A DNA stretch of 64,000 nt, from assembly GCA_016867415.1 (NCBI GenBank), contig VGJO01000001.1, positions 80,052 through 144,051 on the forward strand, written 5' to 3'. The position numbers and the translations under genes were made by a program. This stretch comes from Candidatus Harrisonbacteria bacterium (GTDB taxonomy: Bacteria > Patescibacteriota > Minisyncoccia > UBA6257 > UBA11618). The notes beneath the pieces are model-generated. The model made no database searches. It was not told the origin of the DNA and worked only from the letters and a program-made list of their open reading frames with translations. Below are positions 9,541 to 18,879 of the stretch, in pieces (the first letter of the stretch is position 1; each line of letters begins with the position of its first letter).

Positions 9541-11061
9541 ATGCCACCCCTTATTGCTGCTCTCTTGGGCGCACTCTTTTCCGCCGCTCTTATTCTCGCC
9601 TTTCGCCGCCGCGAAGCGCTTCGATCTAAAGATCAGGAAGAGCTCGAATGGAAAAAGCTCCGTGATATCGCTGATCTTGAAGCCCAAAAAGTCATCCTTG
9701 AAGCCAAGGAAAAATCTTCCACTCTTTTTGAAAAGATAAAAAAAGAAGAATCCGATCGGCAGGAAAAACTCTCCGCCTTCGAATCTCGTCTCTTAGAAAA
9801 AGACAAAAGTCTTGATCGGCGCGATGAAGATCTCCGGGTCAAAGAATCCGTTCTAATTGATCGTGATAAAAAAAATGAGACTGAAAAAGAAGCGCTGAAA
9901 GAAAAAGAAAATGAAGTTATTGCCCGTTTAGAGTCAGTTGCTCAGCTTAGTAAAGTTGAGGCCAAGGACCTCCTCTTTGATCGTGTCCGCAAAGAAAACG
10001 CCGCAAGCCTGGCCGAGACTCTCTCTCGCCTTGAGCGAGAGCGTCGGGAAGAGATTGAGAAAAAAGCCGGCGAGATCATTACGACCGCCCTCGAGCGCTA
10101 TTCCCGCTCGCACATCACAGAGCTCTCCACCTGCGTCTTCACCCTAAAAAGCGAGGAGTTCAAAGGCAAGATTATTGGCCGTGAAGGGAGAAATGTGAAG
10201 ACTCTCGAGCGTCTGACCGGCGTTGATTTCATCTTTGATGAGAGTCCCGAGAGCATTACCATCTCTTCCTTCGATCCTATTCGCCGTGAGATCGCTCGCC
10301 TCGCTCTTGATAAGCTCATTCGCGATGGCCGCATCCAGCCCGCGAAGATTGAGGAAAAGGTTGAGGAAGCACGAGGTGAGCTCGAAAAGAGAATTATGGA
10401 GTTTGGTGAAGAAGCTGTCTACGAGCTCGGTATCGTTGATTTCCCCAAAGAGATTGTGAAGCTCTTAGGCCAGCTTCACTTCCGCACAAGCTACGGCCAA
10501 AATGTTTTGCATCACTCGGTAGAGATGGCGCACTTGGCCGGCATGATCGCCAAAGAAATTGGCGCCGATGTGATGATCGCCAAAAAAGGCGCGCTCGTCC
10601 ACGACATTGGTAAAGCCATCGATCATGAAGTAGAGGGGACACATATTGAGCTTGGTCGCAAAATTCTCGAAAAAGCTGGCGTTGATCGCCGGGTTATTCA
10701 GGCTATGGAAGCTCATCACAATGATTATCCACACGCCACCCCCGAAGCCTTTATTGTCACCGCCGTTGACGCTCTCTCTGGCGGCCGCCCTGGCGCGCGC
10801 CGCGACTCCTCAGAAATGTATCTGAAGCGCCTAGGAGATCTCGAGCGCATTGCCCTCTCCTTCCCAGGGGTCAAGACCGCATATGCTATCTCTGGAGGCC
10901 GGGAAGTTCGTATCTTTGTCACCCCTGAGCGTATTGATGACTTTGGTGCCCTTGAGCTTGCCAAAAACGTCGCCGACCGCATCCGCTCCGAAATGACCTT
11001 CCCCGGAGAAATCAAGGTGAATGTTATAAGAGAGCTTAGAGCAACTGAAATCGCCCGTTAG
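9541..11061 (+). CDS. rny: Ribonuclease Y
   Basis: N-terminal TM plus coiled coil, KH domain KGKIIGREGRN, HD domain RTSYGQNVLHHS...HDIGK, RPGARR. Confidence 0.96.
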   Translation: MPPLIAALLGALFSAALILAFRRREALRSKDQEELEWKKLRDIADLEAQKVILEAKEKSSTLFEKIKKEESDRQEKLSAFESRLLEKDKSLDRRDEDLRVKESVLIDRDKKNETEKEALKEKENEVIARLESVAQLSKVEAKDLLFDRVRKENAASLAETLSRLERERREEIEKKAGEIITTALERYSRSHITELSTCVFTLKSEEFKGKIIGREGRNVKTLERLTGVDFIFDESPESITISSFDPIRREIARLALDKLIRDGRIQPAKIEEKVEEARGELEKRIMEFGEEAVYELGIVDFPKEIVKLLGQLHFRTSYGQNVLHHSVEMAHLAGMIAKEIGADVMIAKKGALVHDIGKAIDHEVEGTHIELGRKILEKAGVDRRVIQAMEAHHNDYPHATPEAFIVTAVDALSGGRPGARRDSSEMYLKRLGDLERIALSFPGVKTAYAISGGREVRIFVTPERIDDFGALELAKNVADRIRSEMTFPGEIKVNVIRELRATEIAR

Positions 11062-11105
11062 TTTTAATCTTTATTGTAGAATAATTCTCTTAGGCATTGC
11101 GCTCT

Positions 11106-11232
11106 CCACGCGAAGTAATCTTAGATAGAGTCTACGATTTATTTTTGAGGAAAGGCCTGGAGCATACTAAGAGCTGGGCATATGAGGACTTTCTGGAGAA
11201 AAAACGGGAAAATTCGCCAAAAAGAAAAGCTT
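11106..11232 (+). repeat. Long-hairpin repeat family copy
   Basis: CCACGCGAAGTAATCTT...TGAGGA...GGAGCATACTA...TGAGGACT...GGAGAAAAAA...AAATTCGCCAAAAAGAAAAGCTT. Confidence 0.85.
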
Positions 11233-11285
11233 TCTAGTAAATAAAAAATCCGAGAAAATTTCTCTCGGATTTTTTATTTACTAGA
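11233..11285. terminator. Bidirectional terminator between rny and HU
   Basis: TCTAGTAAATAAAAAATCCGAGA-loop-TCTCGGATTTTTTATTTACTAGA long perfect IR. Confidence 0.85.
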
Positions 11286-11286
11286 T

Positions 11287-11559
11287 TTATTTAACTGCTT
11301 CTTTGAGAAGCTTACCGGCTCGGAACTTAGGCTTAATAGCGGCGGCGATTTTGATCTGCTCACCGGTGGCTGGGTTACGGCCCATACGCTCGGCTCGCTT
11401 ATATACCTTAAAGGTACCAAAGCCCGAGACAACGACGTCTTCACCCTTACCCATAGTCTTCACAATAGTGTCAAAGAGAGTGTCCACGGCCAAGGTGGAA
11501 TCTTTCTTACTCATGCCGGTCGCGTTCATCATCGCTTCCACTAATCCTGACTTTTTCAT
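11287..11559 (-). CDS. hup: DNA-binding protein HU
   Basis: GFGTFKVYKRAERMGRNPATGEQIKIAA..KPKFRAGKLLKEAV. Confidence 0.95.
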   Translation of the reverse strand: MKKSGLVEAMMNATGMSKKDSTLAVDTLFDTIVKTMGKGEDVVVSGFGTFKVYKRAERMGRNPATGEQIKIAAAIKPKFRAGKLLKEAVK

Positions 11560-11730
11560 AATTTTATTTATTCGCGTTATGAAATTTAAAAAACTGCAAT
11601 TTCATAATCTGAAGTGTTTAGGTCTTCGACCTTTTCTTCTCATCAATTTTTTACAATCTCGCTGAAAAAAGCAAGTAAATACTAATCTTTGACTAAAAAG
11701 AAGCTTTCGTGGTATAAAAATACTAATTAT

Positions 11731-11899
11731 TGAAAACCCAGATTTTCAGGGTGAGGGATAGATGAGTATAGTGATGATGATTCTTTCATTCTCCTTTTTT
11801 CTCTCTTTTTGATCTTCAAGTGCCGAGATATGGATTCCTAAAATAAAGAACGCATCCGTTGCACTTCCCCCCACTCCCAGCCTCCCACTGGGTTTTTTC
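11731..11899 (+). ncRNA. Candidate ~170-nt rod-like small RNA (6S RNA-like)
   Basis: Promoter TTGACT(11689)-18-TATAAA with TG extension; AAAACCCAG(11733)/CTGGGTTTT(11888) closing stem; GGGTGAGGGA/TCCCCCACTC; T-tract at end. Confidence 0.4.
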
Positions 11900-11941
11900 T
11901 TTTCAAAATTAAAAAAATAGATTACATTTATGAGCTATAAA

Positions 11942-12012
11942 GCGGGCGTCGTATAGTGGTAGTACACGACCCTTCCAAGGTTGAGGTGGGAGTTCGATTC
12001 TCCTCGCCCGCT
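11942..12012 (+). tRNA. tRNA-Gly(TCC)
   Basis: GCGGGCG...CGACC-CTTCCAA-GGTTG...GTTCGATTC...CGCCCGCT cloverleaf. Confidence 0.95.
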
Positions 12013-12117
12013 CAAAGTTTTTCTTTCTCATTTATATTTTTTTAATCTTGTTATCTAGTAAAAAATTGACAGAAATAAGCCAGGGTAACATAAACATAAG
12101 TATATCGTTATAAATTA

Positions 12118-12654
12118 ATGGAAGATCTTGACAAAGAGCTAGTCCGTCGGGCAAGACTTGGAGATAAAGACGCTTTTGCAGCTATTTACGAGCATAATCT
12201 GCCTCGTATTTACCGTTTTATCTATTTCAAGACTGCTAATCGCGCAACCGCCGAAGAAATCACCCAGGAGGTATTTTTGGCCGCTTTGCGAGCCATTCCG
12301 CGGTATCATGATGAGGGTTTTCTGGTTTCTAGCTGGCTTTATGAGATCGCTCGCAATAAAGTCATTGATTTCTACCGGTCTAAAAAGAGCGATATCTCAA
12401 TCGACGAAGAGCTTGAGGAGCGTCCCGAGCTTACCTCCACTGATTTTGTAAAAACCATGGAGACAAAGATTGAAGCCGACAAACTAAAAAACCTTTTAAA
12501 AAAACTTCCCGAAGATTATCAAAACATCATCCTTCTTCGTTTTGTAGAAGATCTCTCAAATGAAGAAGTAGCTCATTCATTAGGTAAGAGTCTGGGTGCC
12601 GTCCGCGTCCTTCAGCACCGCGCCTTAAAAGCTCTCCGTAAATTAGTCGAGTAA
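12118..12654 (+). CDS. ECF-family RNA polymerase sigma factor
   Basis: GDKDAFAAIYE, AEEITQEVF, SWLYEIARNKVIDFYR, region 4 LSNEEVAHSLGKSLGAVRVLQHRAL. Confidence 0.93.
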   Translation: MEDLDKELVRRARLGDKDAFAAIYEHNLPRIYRFIYFKTANRATAEEITQEVFLAALRAIPRYHDEGFLVSSWLYEIARNKVIDFYRSKKSDISIDEELEERPELTSTDFVKTMETKIEADKLKNLLKKLPEDYQNIILLRFVEDLSNEEVAHSLGKSLGAVRVLQHRALKALRKLVE

Positions 12655-12670
12655 ATAAAATATTTTACAT

Positions 12671-13027
12671 ATGACCAAAGAACGAATCCATAATTTATTT
12701 GATAAAGCCAAAGAGATTAAGCCTTCTGAAGGCTTCCTTTCTCGTACTCGCGCTCGCCTTTATGAAGAGCCACTTGATCATCCGCGTTCCCAATTTTTCT
12801 TTGAATCCCTCCACTTTGGCGCCACCCAAGCTGGTATCTACGCCACCGCCGCCTGCGCCGCCGCTTTTATTATTTACATGAGCAGCAGCATCTCCGTGAA
12901 TGAAAAGCAAAGCGTTGCTATGAAGCGCACCGAGCAGATAGAAGACTACAAGATAGATGTCACTCTAAAAGATGCTAGATACTACAAAGAAGTCGCCCCA
13001 AATGTTTTTGTTGTGGTTTCTAAGTAA
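12671..13027 (+). CDS. Putative membrane-bound anti-sigma factor
   Basis: Directly downstream of the ECF sigma; PSEGFLSRTRARL N-terminal motif and one TM. Confidence 0.55.
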   Translation: MTKERIHNLFDKAKEIKPSEGFLSRTRARLYEEPLDHPRSQFFFESLHFGATQAGIYATAACAAAFIIYMSSSISVNEKQSVAMKRTEQIEDYKIDVTLKDARYYKEVAPNVFVVVSK

Positions 13028-13046
13028 TTTAGATAAGAATTTTAAA

Positions 13047-13085
13047 ATAGAAAAAGCAAGGAGTATTTGCCCTTGCTTTTTCTAT
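13047..13085. terminator. Intrinsic terminator
   Basis: ATAGAAAAAGCAAGG-9nt-CCTTGCTTTTTCTAT. Confidence 0.8.
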
Positions 13086-13113
13086 CTATTTTATCCAGAA
13101 TATCCGGTACATA

Positions 13114-13704
13114 ATGAATTCCCGGATTATCTTTGGTGTTCTTATAGCTCTAGTATTAGCGGCTTTGGCCGGTAATTTTTATCTCCGGCCAATCGTTGAA
13201 GGGAAAAATCTCCCTCCAGAATTCCAGCAAGCTCGCGAAGATGGCTCGCTCGTCAGTAAAAAAATTGTTTTTCTTTCTAATCAGGCTCTTGCCGGACTCG
13301 AGCAGATTGGTCACTTCGACGAAAAGAAGCAATATACCAAAGCCCTCGAGCTCGTGAGACTTGAATTAAAGCGCAATGAAGATGCTCGTAAGGAAGCTCT
13401 TCTTCTTTCTAGCCACTTAAATACGATGTCTATTTATCTCGAACAGATTAGCCCGAGCCGCGCCCGCTCCCTTGCTATTGAAGCCATCGGTTCCGAAGTC
13501 TCTCTCGTTAATCACCTCATCACCTACCATGGCCTGCTTTCAGATCTCTTTCAGACTCTCGAAGAAAAGTTTGAAGGGAAGACCATCGACGCCGCTCGGG
13601 TCAAAAGTCTCCTTGAGGCCGTAAATAGTGAAATCCGCGTTATCAACGATCTTAATCAACGCGCCATAAGGACCCTTGAATCCTTCGACTCTTTCTATAA
13701 GTGA
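13114..13704 (+). CDS. Hypothetical protein, N-terminal TM and helical body
   Basis: 196-aa ORF with a signal-anchor and amphipathic helices. Confidence 0.75.
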   Translation: MNSRIIFGVLIALVLAALAGNFYLRPIVEGKNLPPEFQQAREDGSLVSKKIVFLSNQALAGLEQIGHFDEKKQYTKALELVRLELKRNEDARKEALLLSSHLNTMSIYLEQISPSRARSLAIEAIGSEVSLVNHLITYHGLLSDLFQTLEEKFEGKTIDAARVKSLLEAVNSEIRVINDLNQRAIRTLESFDSFYK

Positions 13705-13991
13705 CTGCCATAGGCCACGTGGAAAAGGATATATGTATTTTTTTATTTATGTGGTCATCTCGACCTTGCCTCGCTTCGCTGTAGCTTACTAGCGAAAGTG
13801 GGATTTAGGATCCAGACTTCCCCCTAATAGAGGCACACCAAATTGATCTCCCTTTTCTTTCTATGTTCTCTAATTTCTTCTTTCTTGTTTTTCTTTTTAT
13901 AGAGTTTTCCCCATGTACCCCTTGTGTTAGTCGGGGAGCGGTATACAATAATAAATAATACATAAATCTTTTCTCAAAGACTATCATTTAT

Positions 13992-14345
13992 ATGAAAAAA
14001 ACACCTTTATTAAATCAAGCTGGAGGTAACACTATCTTCTGGGTAGTCTTTGGCGTCCTCGTCATTGGTCTCGTCCTCATCTCATCCTCAAAACCATTAA
14101 TTAATCCTCAAGCAGAGGGATTTCCTGTTTCCACAGATCTAGAAAATTTTGTTTCACTTAATCCAGAAGATTGCCCAGAGGAACCTCTATTAGAAGCCAC
14201 TCCTGATCCTGCTGGTTCTGCTGGTTCTGCTGGTCCTGCTGCTGGTTCTGCTGCTGGTTCTGCTGGTTCTGCTGCTGGTTCTGCTGGTCCTGCTGCTGGT
14301 CCTGCTGCTGGTCCTGCTGAGATGGAGCTCCTCCGCCTCCCCTAA
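13992..14345 (+). CDS. Small membrane-anchored protein with Gly/Ser/Ala/Pro repeat tail
   Basis: ATG start, TM segment, followed by a terminator at 14353. Confidence 0.6.
   Translation: MKKTPLLNQAGGNTIFWVVFGVLVIGLVLISSSKPLINPQAEGFPVSTDLENFVSLNPEDCPEEPLLEATPDPAGSAGSAGPAAGSAAGSAGSAAGSAGPAAGPAAGPAEMELLRLP
14208..14318 (+). repeat. Tandem minisatellite of mixed 9/12-nt units, (T/C)CTGCT[GCT]GGT
   Basis: About 10 consecutive in-frame units encoding SAG/PAAG/SAAG. Confidence 0.95.
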
Positions 14346-14352
14346 TAAACAA

Positions 14353-14378
14353 AAAAAACCGGTCTCCACCGGTTTTTT
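14353..14378. terminator. Bidirectional terminator
   Basis: AAAAAACCGGT-ctcc-ACCGGTTTTTT. Confidence 0.75.
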
Positions 14379-14399
14379 AATAAAAGTTTTTTGAAAGGC

Positions 14400-14642
14400 T
14401 TAATCATTCAGGGGAAAATCACCTCCAATCCCGTCTCCATGATGAGAGTGAAAAATTCCGGAGGGATCTGAAAAGCCCCTCACTTTTTTCTGTTTGATCA
14501 GCATCACTAGCCGCGCTTTCTCTGCAAACGATCGAAAAGCACCCCCTCTGTCCGCCGTATCAAAATCAAATTCCCGTTCCGCGCTTACAATCGACCTATA
14601 TGGTCGCCGAGCCATATTCTGCAATCCAATAAATATCTTCAC
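14400..14642 (-). CDS. Small hypothetical protein (uncertain)
   Basis: 80-aa ORF ending next to a bidirectional terminator; start uncertain. Confidence 0.35.
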   Translation of the reverse strand: MKIFIGLQNMARRPYRSIVSAEREFDFDTADRGGAFRSFAEKARLVMLIKQKKVRGFSDPSGIFHSHHGDGIGGDFPLND

Positions 14643-14705
14643 TGTTAAGCTTTTTTAAAGAACATGTTTATAGTTAATCGGAGAATAAACATTGAGTAAC
14701 TAGTA

Positions 14706-14835
14706 AATTTCTGAGGATTTTTTTCCGAAGGGTTAGGCGTCTTTGAGCATTACGACCAAGATGTACAAAGGAGTACTTTGCGGGAGAAAACAGAAAAGGC
14801 AACAACGCCATTCGAAAAAAAAGACCAAAAAGATT
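14706..14835 (+). repeat. Long-hairpin repeat family, tRNA-adjacent subtype
   Basis: TGAGGATTTTTT...CGACCAAGATGTACAAAGGAGTACTTTGCGGGAGAAAA...AAAAAAGACCAA; parallels 4457-4585. Confidence 0.7.
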
Positions 14836-14837
14836 AG

Positions 14838-14909
14838 TGCCCCCTATAGGAATCGAACCTATATCAACAGCTTAGAAGGCTGCTGCTCTATCCATTGAGC
14901 TAAGGGGAC
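14838..14909 (-). tRNA. tRNA-Arg(TCT)
   Basis: Reverse complement GTCCCCTTAGCTCAATGGATAGAGCA-GCAGC-CTTCTAA-GCTGT...GGTTCGATTCC...AGGGGGCA. Confidence 0.95.
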
Positions 14910-14922
14910 TCTCTACTATCAG

Positions 14923-14993
14923 TCGGGCTGCCGAGATTTGAACTCGGACTAAATCCTCCCAAAGGACTCGTGCTGCCGTTACACTACAGCCCG
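14923..14993 (-). tRNA. tRNA-Pro(TGG)
   Basis: Reverse complement CGGGCTGTAGTGTAACGGCAGCACG-AGTCC-TTTGGGA-GGATT...GTTCAAATC...CAGCCCGA. Confidence 0.93.
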
Positions 14994-15159
14994 GATGCAA
15001 ATCTTGCTCTCTTATCTTTGCACTAAAGATAAGAACTAGAATAACCCGAAATATGATAAAAATCAAAGAAAAAACATCTAAAATACTTTGCATTGTAAAA
15101 TGTATAATGCAAAGTATTTATCCCCACCTATATTTTTTTATTTTATACTAAAGGAGAAA

Positions 15160-15597
15160 ATGCGCGCTACTTTCTCTTTTTTCTTTATCCTTCTCTTCCC
15201 TATTTTTTTATTTAGCGTAAGAGCGCTGGGAAGCGCTTCATCTCCATCTCTCAAGACAGAAAAATCCCCCTCTGCTCCTATCCCCCTCTTCTCATCTATA
15301 AGTGACTATCCACAAGGCTTTGCAAGCGTTATCGAAAAGGAGGGGAGTATGATCTACACGATTTTTGCCCCTCTTGCCCCTCTTGATAATTCTTTCGTCT
15401 ACCGCGCTTGGCTCAAGCAGGCTTACGGAGGAGAAGTTTTCCCTTTAGGAGATCTTGCCTCCTCAATTGATGGTTTTTTCCTTGATGTCTCCCTCCGTCG
15501 CGACACCCAAACCTTCAAAAAAATAATCATCTCCAAAGACCCTGTCGCCCACCCCGGTGAATCCTCCAAAAATATCTTCCTTCAAGGCACTCTCTGA
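15160..15597 (+). CDS. Exported hypothetical protein
   Basis: AAGGAG upstream of ATG 15160, signal-peptide-like N-terminus, YRAWL...LGDL motif. Confidence 0.7.
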   Translation: MRATFSFFFILLFPIFLFSVRALGSASSPSLKTEKSPSAPIPLFSSISDYPQGFASVIEKEGSMIYTIFAPLAPLDNSFVYRAWLKQAYGGEVFPLGDLASSIDGFFLDVSLRRDTQTFKKIIISKDPVAHPGESSKNIFLQGTL

Positions 15598-15703
15598 AAA
15601 TATCTTTCCGCCCGAAAAAAAAATAAGGTACAATAAAACCACACCTGTTTTTTATTTTTACAAAAAGAAATTAAAAAATAATAGAAGTAAATAATTCATA
15701 AAA

Positions 15704-15790
15704 GCGAAGTTATTTTGAGCTTAGTCCTTATCTAGATTCAGCATTTCGATAGCGCAGAAAAAATGAAGAAAATTCACCAAAATACAAACC
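15704..15790 (+). repeat. Long-hairpin repeat family, internally shortened copy
   Basis: GCGAAGTTATTTTGAGCTTAGT (as at 7037)...GCAGAAAAAA...AAAATTCACCAAAATACAAAC. Confidence 0.6.
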
Positions 15791-15811
15791 CATAATTTTC
15801 AGAAAATATAT

Positions 15812-16351
15812 ATGCGTGAGTTTATATTTAGTCTCTGGGAGGTAGTCGAGGTGATCATCATCGCCCTCGCGATGGTTTTTGTCATGCGCTCTTTTATCGT
15901 CCAGCCCTTTTTAGTCTCCGGTTCTTCCATGCTCCATACTTTTCTTGATGGCGACTATGTCTTAGTGGATGAGCTCACTTATCGCTTTAAAGAGCCCGAG
16001 CGAGGAGATATTATTGTCTTCCGCTTTCCTCTCTCTCCTAATATTTATTATATTAAGCGCATAATCGGAGTTCGCGGTGATCGAGTCGTCGTCTCTAGTG
16101 GCGAAGTGAAGATAAATGACAAGAAAATAAAAGAAGATTACCTTGATAAGGGCATGTACACTAACGGCAAGTCTGATGCCTTTGTTGGTGATGATCAGAT
16201 CTTCGTTATGGGGGATAATCGCACTGGCAGCTCCGATAGTCGGATTTGGGGCTTAGTCCCATATGAAAATATTATTGGTGTCGTCCGTCTTCGCCTCCTC
16301 CCTTTAAATAATGCTGGAATCTTTGACCGACCTACCTACAACCTCGAATAA
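15812..16351 (+). CDS. lepB: Signal peptidase I
   Basis: QPFLVSGSSM (catalytic Ser), YYIKRIIG (Lys), VMGDNRTGSSDSRIWG. Confidence 0.96.
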   Translation: MREFIFSLWEVVEVIIIALAMVFVMRSFIVQPFLVSGSSMLHTFLDGDYVLVDELTYRFKEPERGDIIVFRFPLSPNIYYIKRIIGVRGDRVVVSSGEVKINDKKIKEDYLDKGMYTNGKSDAFVGDDQIFVMGDNRTGSSDSRIWGLVPYENIIGVVRLRLLPLNNAGIFDRPTYNLE

Positions 16352-16355
16352 TAAA

Positions 16356-16393
16356 TAATAAAAATCCCCGAAATTTTTCGGGGATTTTTATTA
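16356..16393. terminator. Bidirectional terminator between lepB and ftsK
   Basis: TAATAAAAATCCCCGAAA-TTTCGGGGATTTTTATTA. Confidence 0.85.
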
Positions 16394-16424
16394 AAAAATT
16401 AAGAAATCTTCCAAAAGTACAAGC

Positions 16425-18686
16425 TTATTCCTCATCAGTAGAGTCGTTACCTCCAACTTCAGCAAGCTTAGCAGTAATATCTAGCTTGAGGTATATTGGC
16501 GAATCATAATAAATCTCTCTTGGCTTTGCTCCTTCTCCTGGCCCAATCGCCCCCTTCTCTTCCATGATGTCGAGTAGTCGCGCCGCTCGGGCATAGCCTA
16601 CCTTCAATCGTCGCTGCAAGAGCGACGCTGACGCTTTCTTTGATTCGTAGACCACCGCGAGCGCCTGATCAAGCATCTCATCGTCATCGCCGCTTCCTTC
16701 ACTCCCACCGCCGTAATCATCAAAGTTTACATCTCTCCCTGTAGGCGCCCCAATTGCTTCCCCACCCATCGCATTCATCTGCTCCTTTGCCCCAGTGATA
16801 CTCACCTGCGTTTCTGGCGCTGCCTGATTATGCTCTCTGATAAATTCAGCCACCTCCCGGATTTCATCTTCAGAAATATACGCCCCCTGGATTCTTCGTG
16901 GCTTTGGAGAAGTTGAAGATACAAAAAGCATGTCCCCACCGCCCAAAAGCTTTTCCGCTCCAGCACTATCGAGAATGGTTCGTGAGTCAATTTGGGAAGC
17001 GGTCTGTAAAGCGATTCTGGTCGTAATATTAGCTTTAATAAGTCCGGTGATGACCTCTACCGACGGCCGTTGGGTGGCGAGCACGAGGTGAATGCCCGTC
17101 GCCCGCGCCATCTGTGCTAGCCGCACGATTGCCGCTTCGATCTCCCGTCCTGAAGTGGCCATTAAGTCTGCCAGTTCATCCACTATGAGTACTATGTATG
17201 GCAGTTTCTCCTCAGCTGATTTGTTGTAACTTCCAATATCTCTCGTACCCGCCCTCATAAGTGTCTCATAGCGCCGATCCATCTCCGCTACCGCCCAGCG
17301 AAACACATTCATTGATTTTTTATTGTCGGTCACGACTGGCGCGGCAAGGTGGGGGATACCATTATACACCGAGAGCTCTACTTTTTTCGGGTCAATCATG
17401 ATGAGTCGTAAAGTCTCCGGCGAATTTTTATAGAGTAGCGATATGATAAACGAGTGCACCAAAATAGACTTTCCCGAACCCGTCGATCCAGAGATGAGAC
17501 AATGAGGCATCTTCTCGATGTTTGCCTCAATTGGCTCGCCGTTCACATCTCGTCCGATAAGAAGTGCAAGAGGCCCAAGTTTCATAAAGTTCGGATAGGA
17601 GATGAGCGACCCGAGCCGCACTATCGCCGCTGTTTTGTTTGGCACCTCGATCCCGACGAGCGATTTCCCCGGAATCGGCGCCTCGATACGGATTGGGTGT
17701 GCTGCGAGCGCGAGTGATAGATCACTATTCAAGGCCGTGATCCTCGTGAGGCGCACACCTTCCGCCGGCTTCAAAGTATAGCGGGTCACCTTCGGTCCGA
17801 TATTGATCTCACCCATCTCTACATTGATTCCAAAGCTCTCGAGCGTCCGCTTGATGATATTTGCATTGGCCTTCAAGTCTCCCGCCGTAGGTTTTTCAAT
17901 CGTTGCTTTGAGTAAGTTAAGCGGTGGGGGAGTGTAGTTATGAAGGAGAGCTACTGGCGCCACATTTGGCCCATCAATAGGCACGGCTTCCATCTTATCC
18001 TTGGCAATTTTCACCTCAACCTCTTTTTTCTCCTCGGGTTTTTTAACTTCTTCTTTCTTTTCTTTTTCTTGTACCCCTGAAGAAAGTTCTTCTGCTTCAT
18101 CTGGTAATCCAGTCACCACTGGCTCTTCTTCAATAGTTGCCGCTTTCTTTCCTGGTAATTGTATTTTAAGAGGTATATTAAGGGTCATAAGAGCTGATGA
18201 GACAAGGACTACCGACCCCACCACCATCGCCGCCACATTCCCAAATGGCACCTCAATCATACCAAGTGCCTGCCCTAATAGCCCCGCCTTATCTGGAAAA
18301 GCCACGTCAATCATTGAGAGTAATGCCCCGGTAAATACCACTGCTCCTGCAAGCGATGGCCCCAAGACCACCATCTCTGCGGCGGTGAGAAACAAGCCCG
18401 AGACTACGAGCGCTACCAAAGGCAAAACATAATATCCCCAGCCCAATCCTTTATAAAGAAAAGAAAAAAGCGTCTCGCCCGCCGGCCCTGCCTGGTGAAA
18501 CATTGCAAGGAGTAAAATGATGGCTAAGCCAATAAGTACTATTCCTGATATGCTCTTTTTTACGTGAGCTGAAACCCAGGGCATCTCTTCTTTGCCTTCA
18601 TCATCCTCTTCTTCTCGCGCCTTTTTCTTCTTTTTTATCTCCTTTACCGCTTTTTTACTGGTTTCTTTTTGTTTTGTCCTGGGCAT
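16425..18686 (-). CDS. ftsK: DNA translocase FtsK/SpoIIIE
   Basis: N-terminal TMs, IRIEAPIPGKSLVGIEVPN, Walker A GSTGSGKS, IVDELADLM, gamma domain ASASLLQRRLKVGYARAARLLD. Confidence 0.96.
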   Translation of the reverse strand: MPRTKQKETSKKAVKEIKKKKKAREEEDDEGKEEMPWVSAHVKKSISGIVLIGLAIILLLAMFHQAGPAGETLFSFLYKGLGWGYYVLPLVALVVSGLFLTAAEMVVLGPSLAGAVVFTGALLSMIDVAFPDKAGLLGQALGMIEVPFGNVAAMVVGSVVLVSSALMTLNIPLKIQLPGKKAATIEEEPVVTGLPDEAEELSSGVQEKEKKEEVKKPEEKKEVEVKIAKDKMEAVPIDGPNVAPVALLHNYTPPPLNLLKATIEKPTAGDLKANANIIKRTLESFGINVEMGEINIGPKVTRYTLKPAEGVRLTRITALNSDLSLALAAHPIRIEAPIPGKSLVGIEVPNKTAAIVRLGSLISYPNFMKLGPLALLIGRDVNGEPIEANIEKMPHCLISGSTGSGKSILVHSFIISLLYKNSPETLRLIMIDPKKVELSVYNGIPHLAAPVVTDNKKSMNVFRWAVAEMDRRYETLMRAGTRDIGSYNKSAEEKLPYIVLIVDELADLMATSGREIEAAIVRLAQMARATGIHLVLATQRPSVEVITGLIKANITTRIALQTASQIDSRTILDSAGAEKLLGGGDMLFVSSTSPKPRRIQGAYISEDEIREVAEFIREHNQAAPETQVSITGAKEQMNAMGGEAIGAPTGRDVNFDDYGGGSEGSGDDDEMLDQALAVVYESKKASASLLQRRLKVGYARAARLLDIMEEKGAIGPGEGAKPREIYYDSPIYLKLDITAKLAEVGGNDSTDEE

Positions 18687-18879
18687 AATAGCTCTATATG
18701 ATAAAAAATTTTACCATATATAAAAAGATCTGTAATAGAAGCCTAGGTTCCTTGTGTTTTAAAAAAGGAGAAAACAGGGTATATTATCCAAAGATCCATA
18801 AAAGCGCTATATAGCACTTCGCACCTTGATTCCCGCCTATCTTCATGTGATAGGCTATCACTTTTTCTGGAGGACTATC

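Noticed and set aside
14208-14318. CRISPR array
   Set aside because: Contiguous 9/12-nt units with no unique spacers; no cas genes in the window
14158-14352. Gln-rich minus-strand ORF
   Set aside because: Antisense reading of the minisatellite; the + strand ORF has a TM segment and an ATG start
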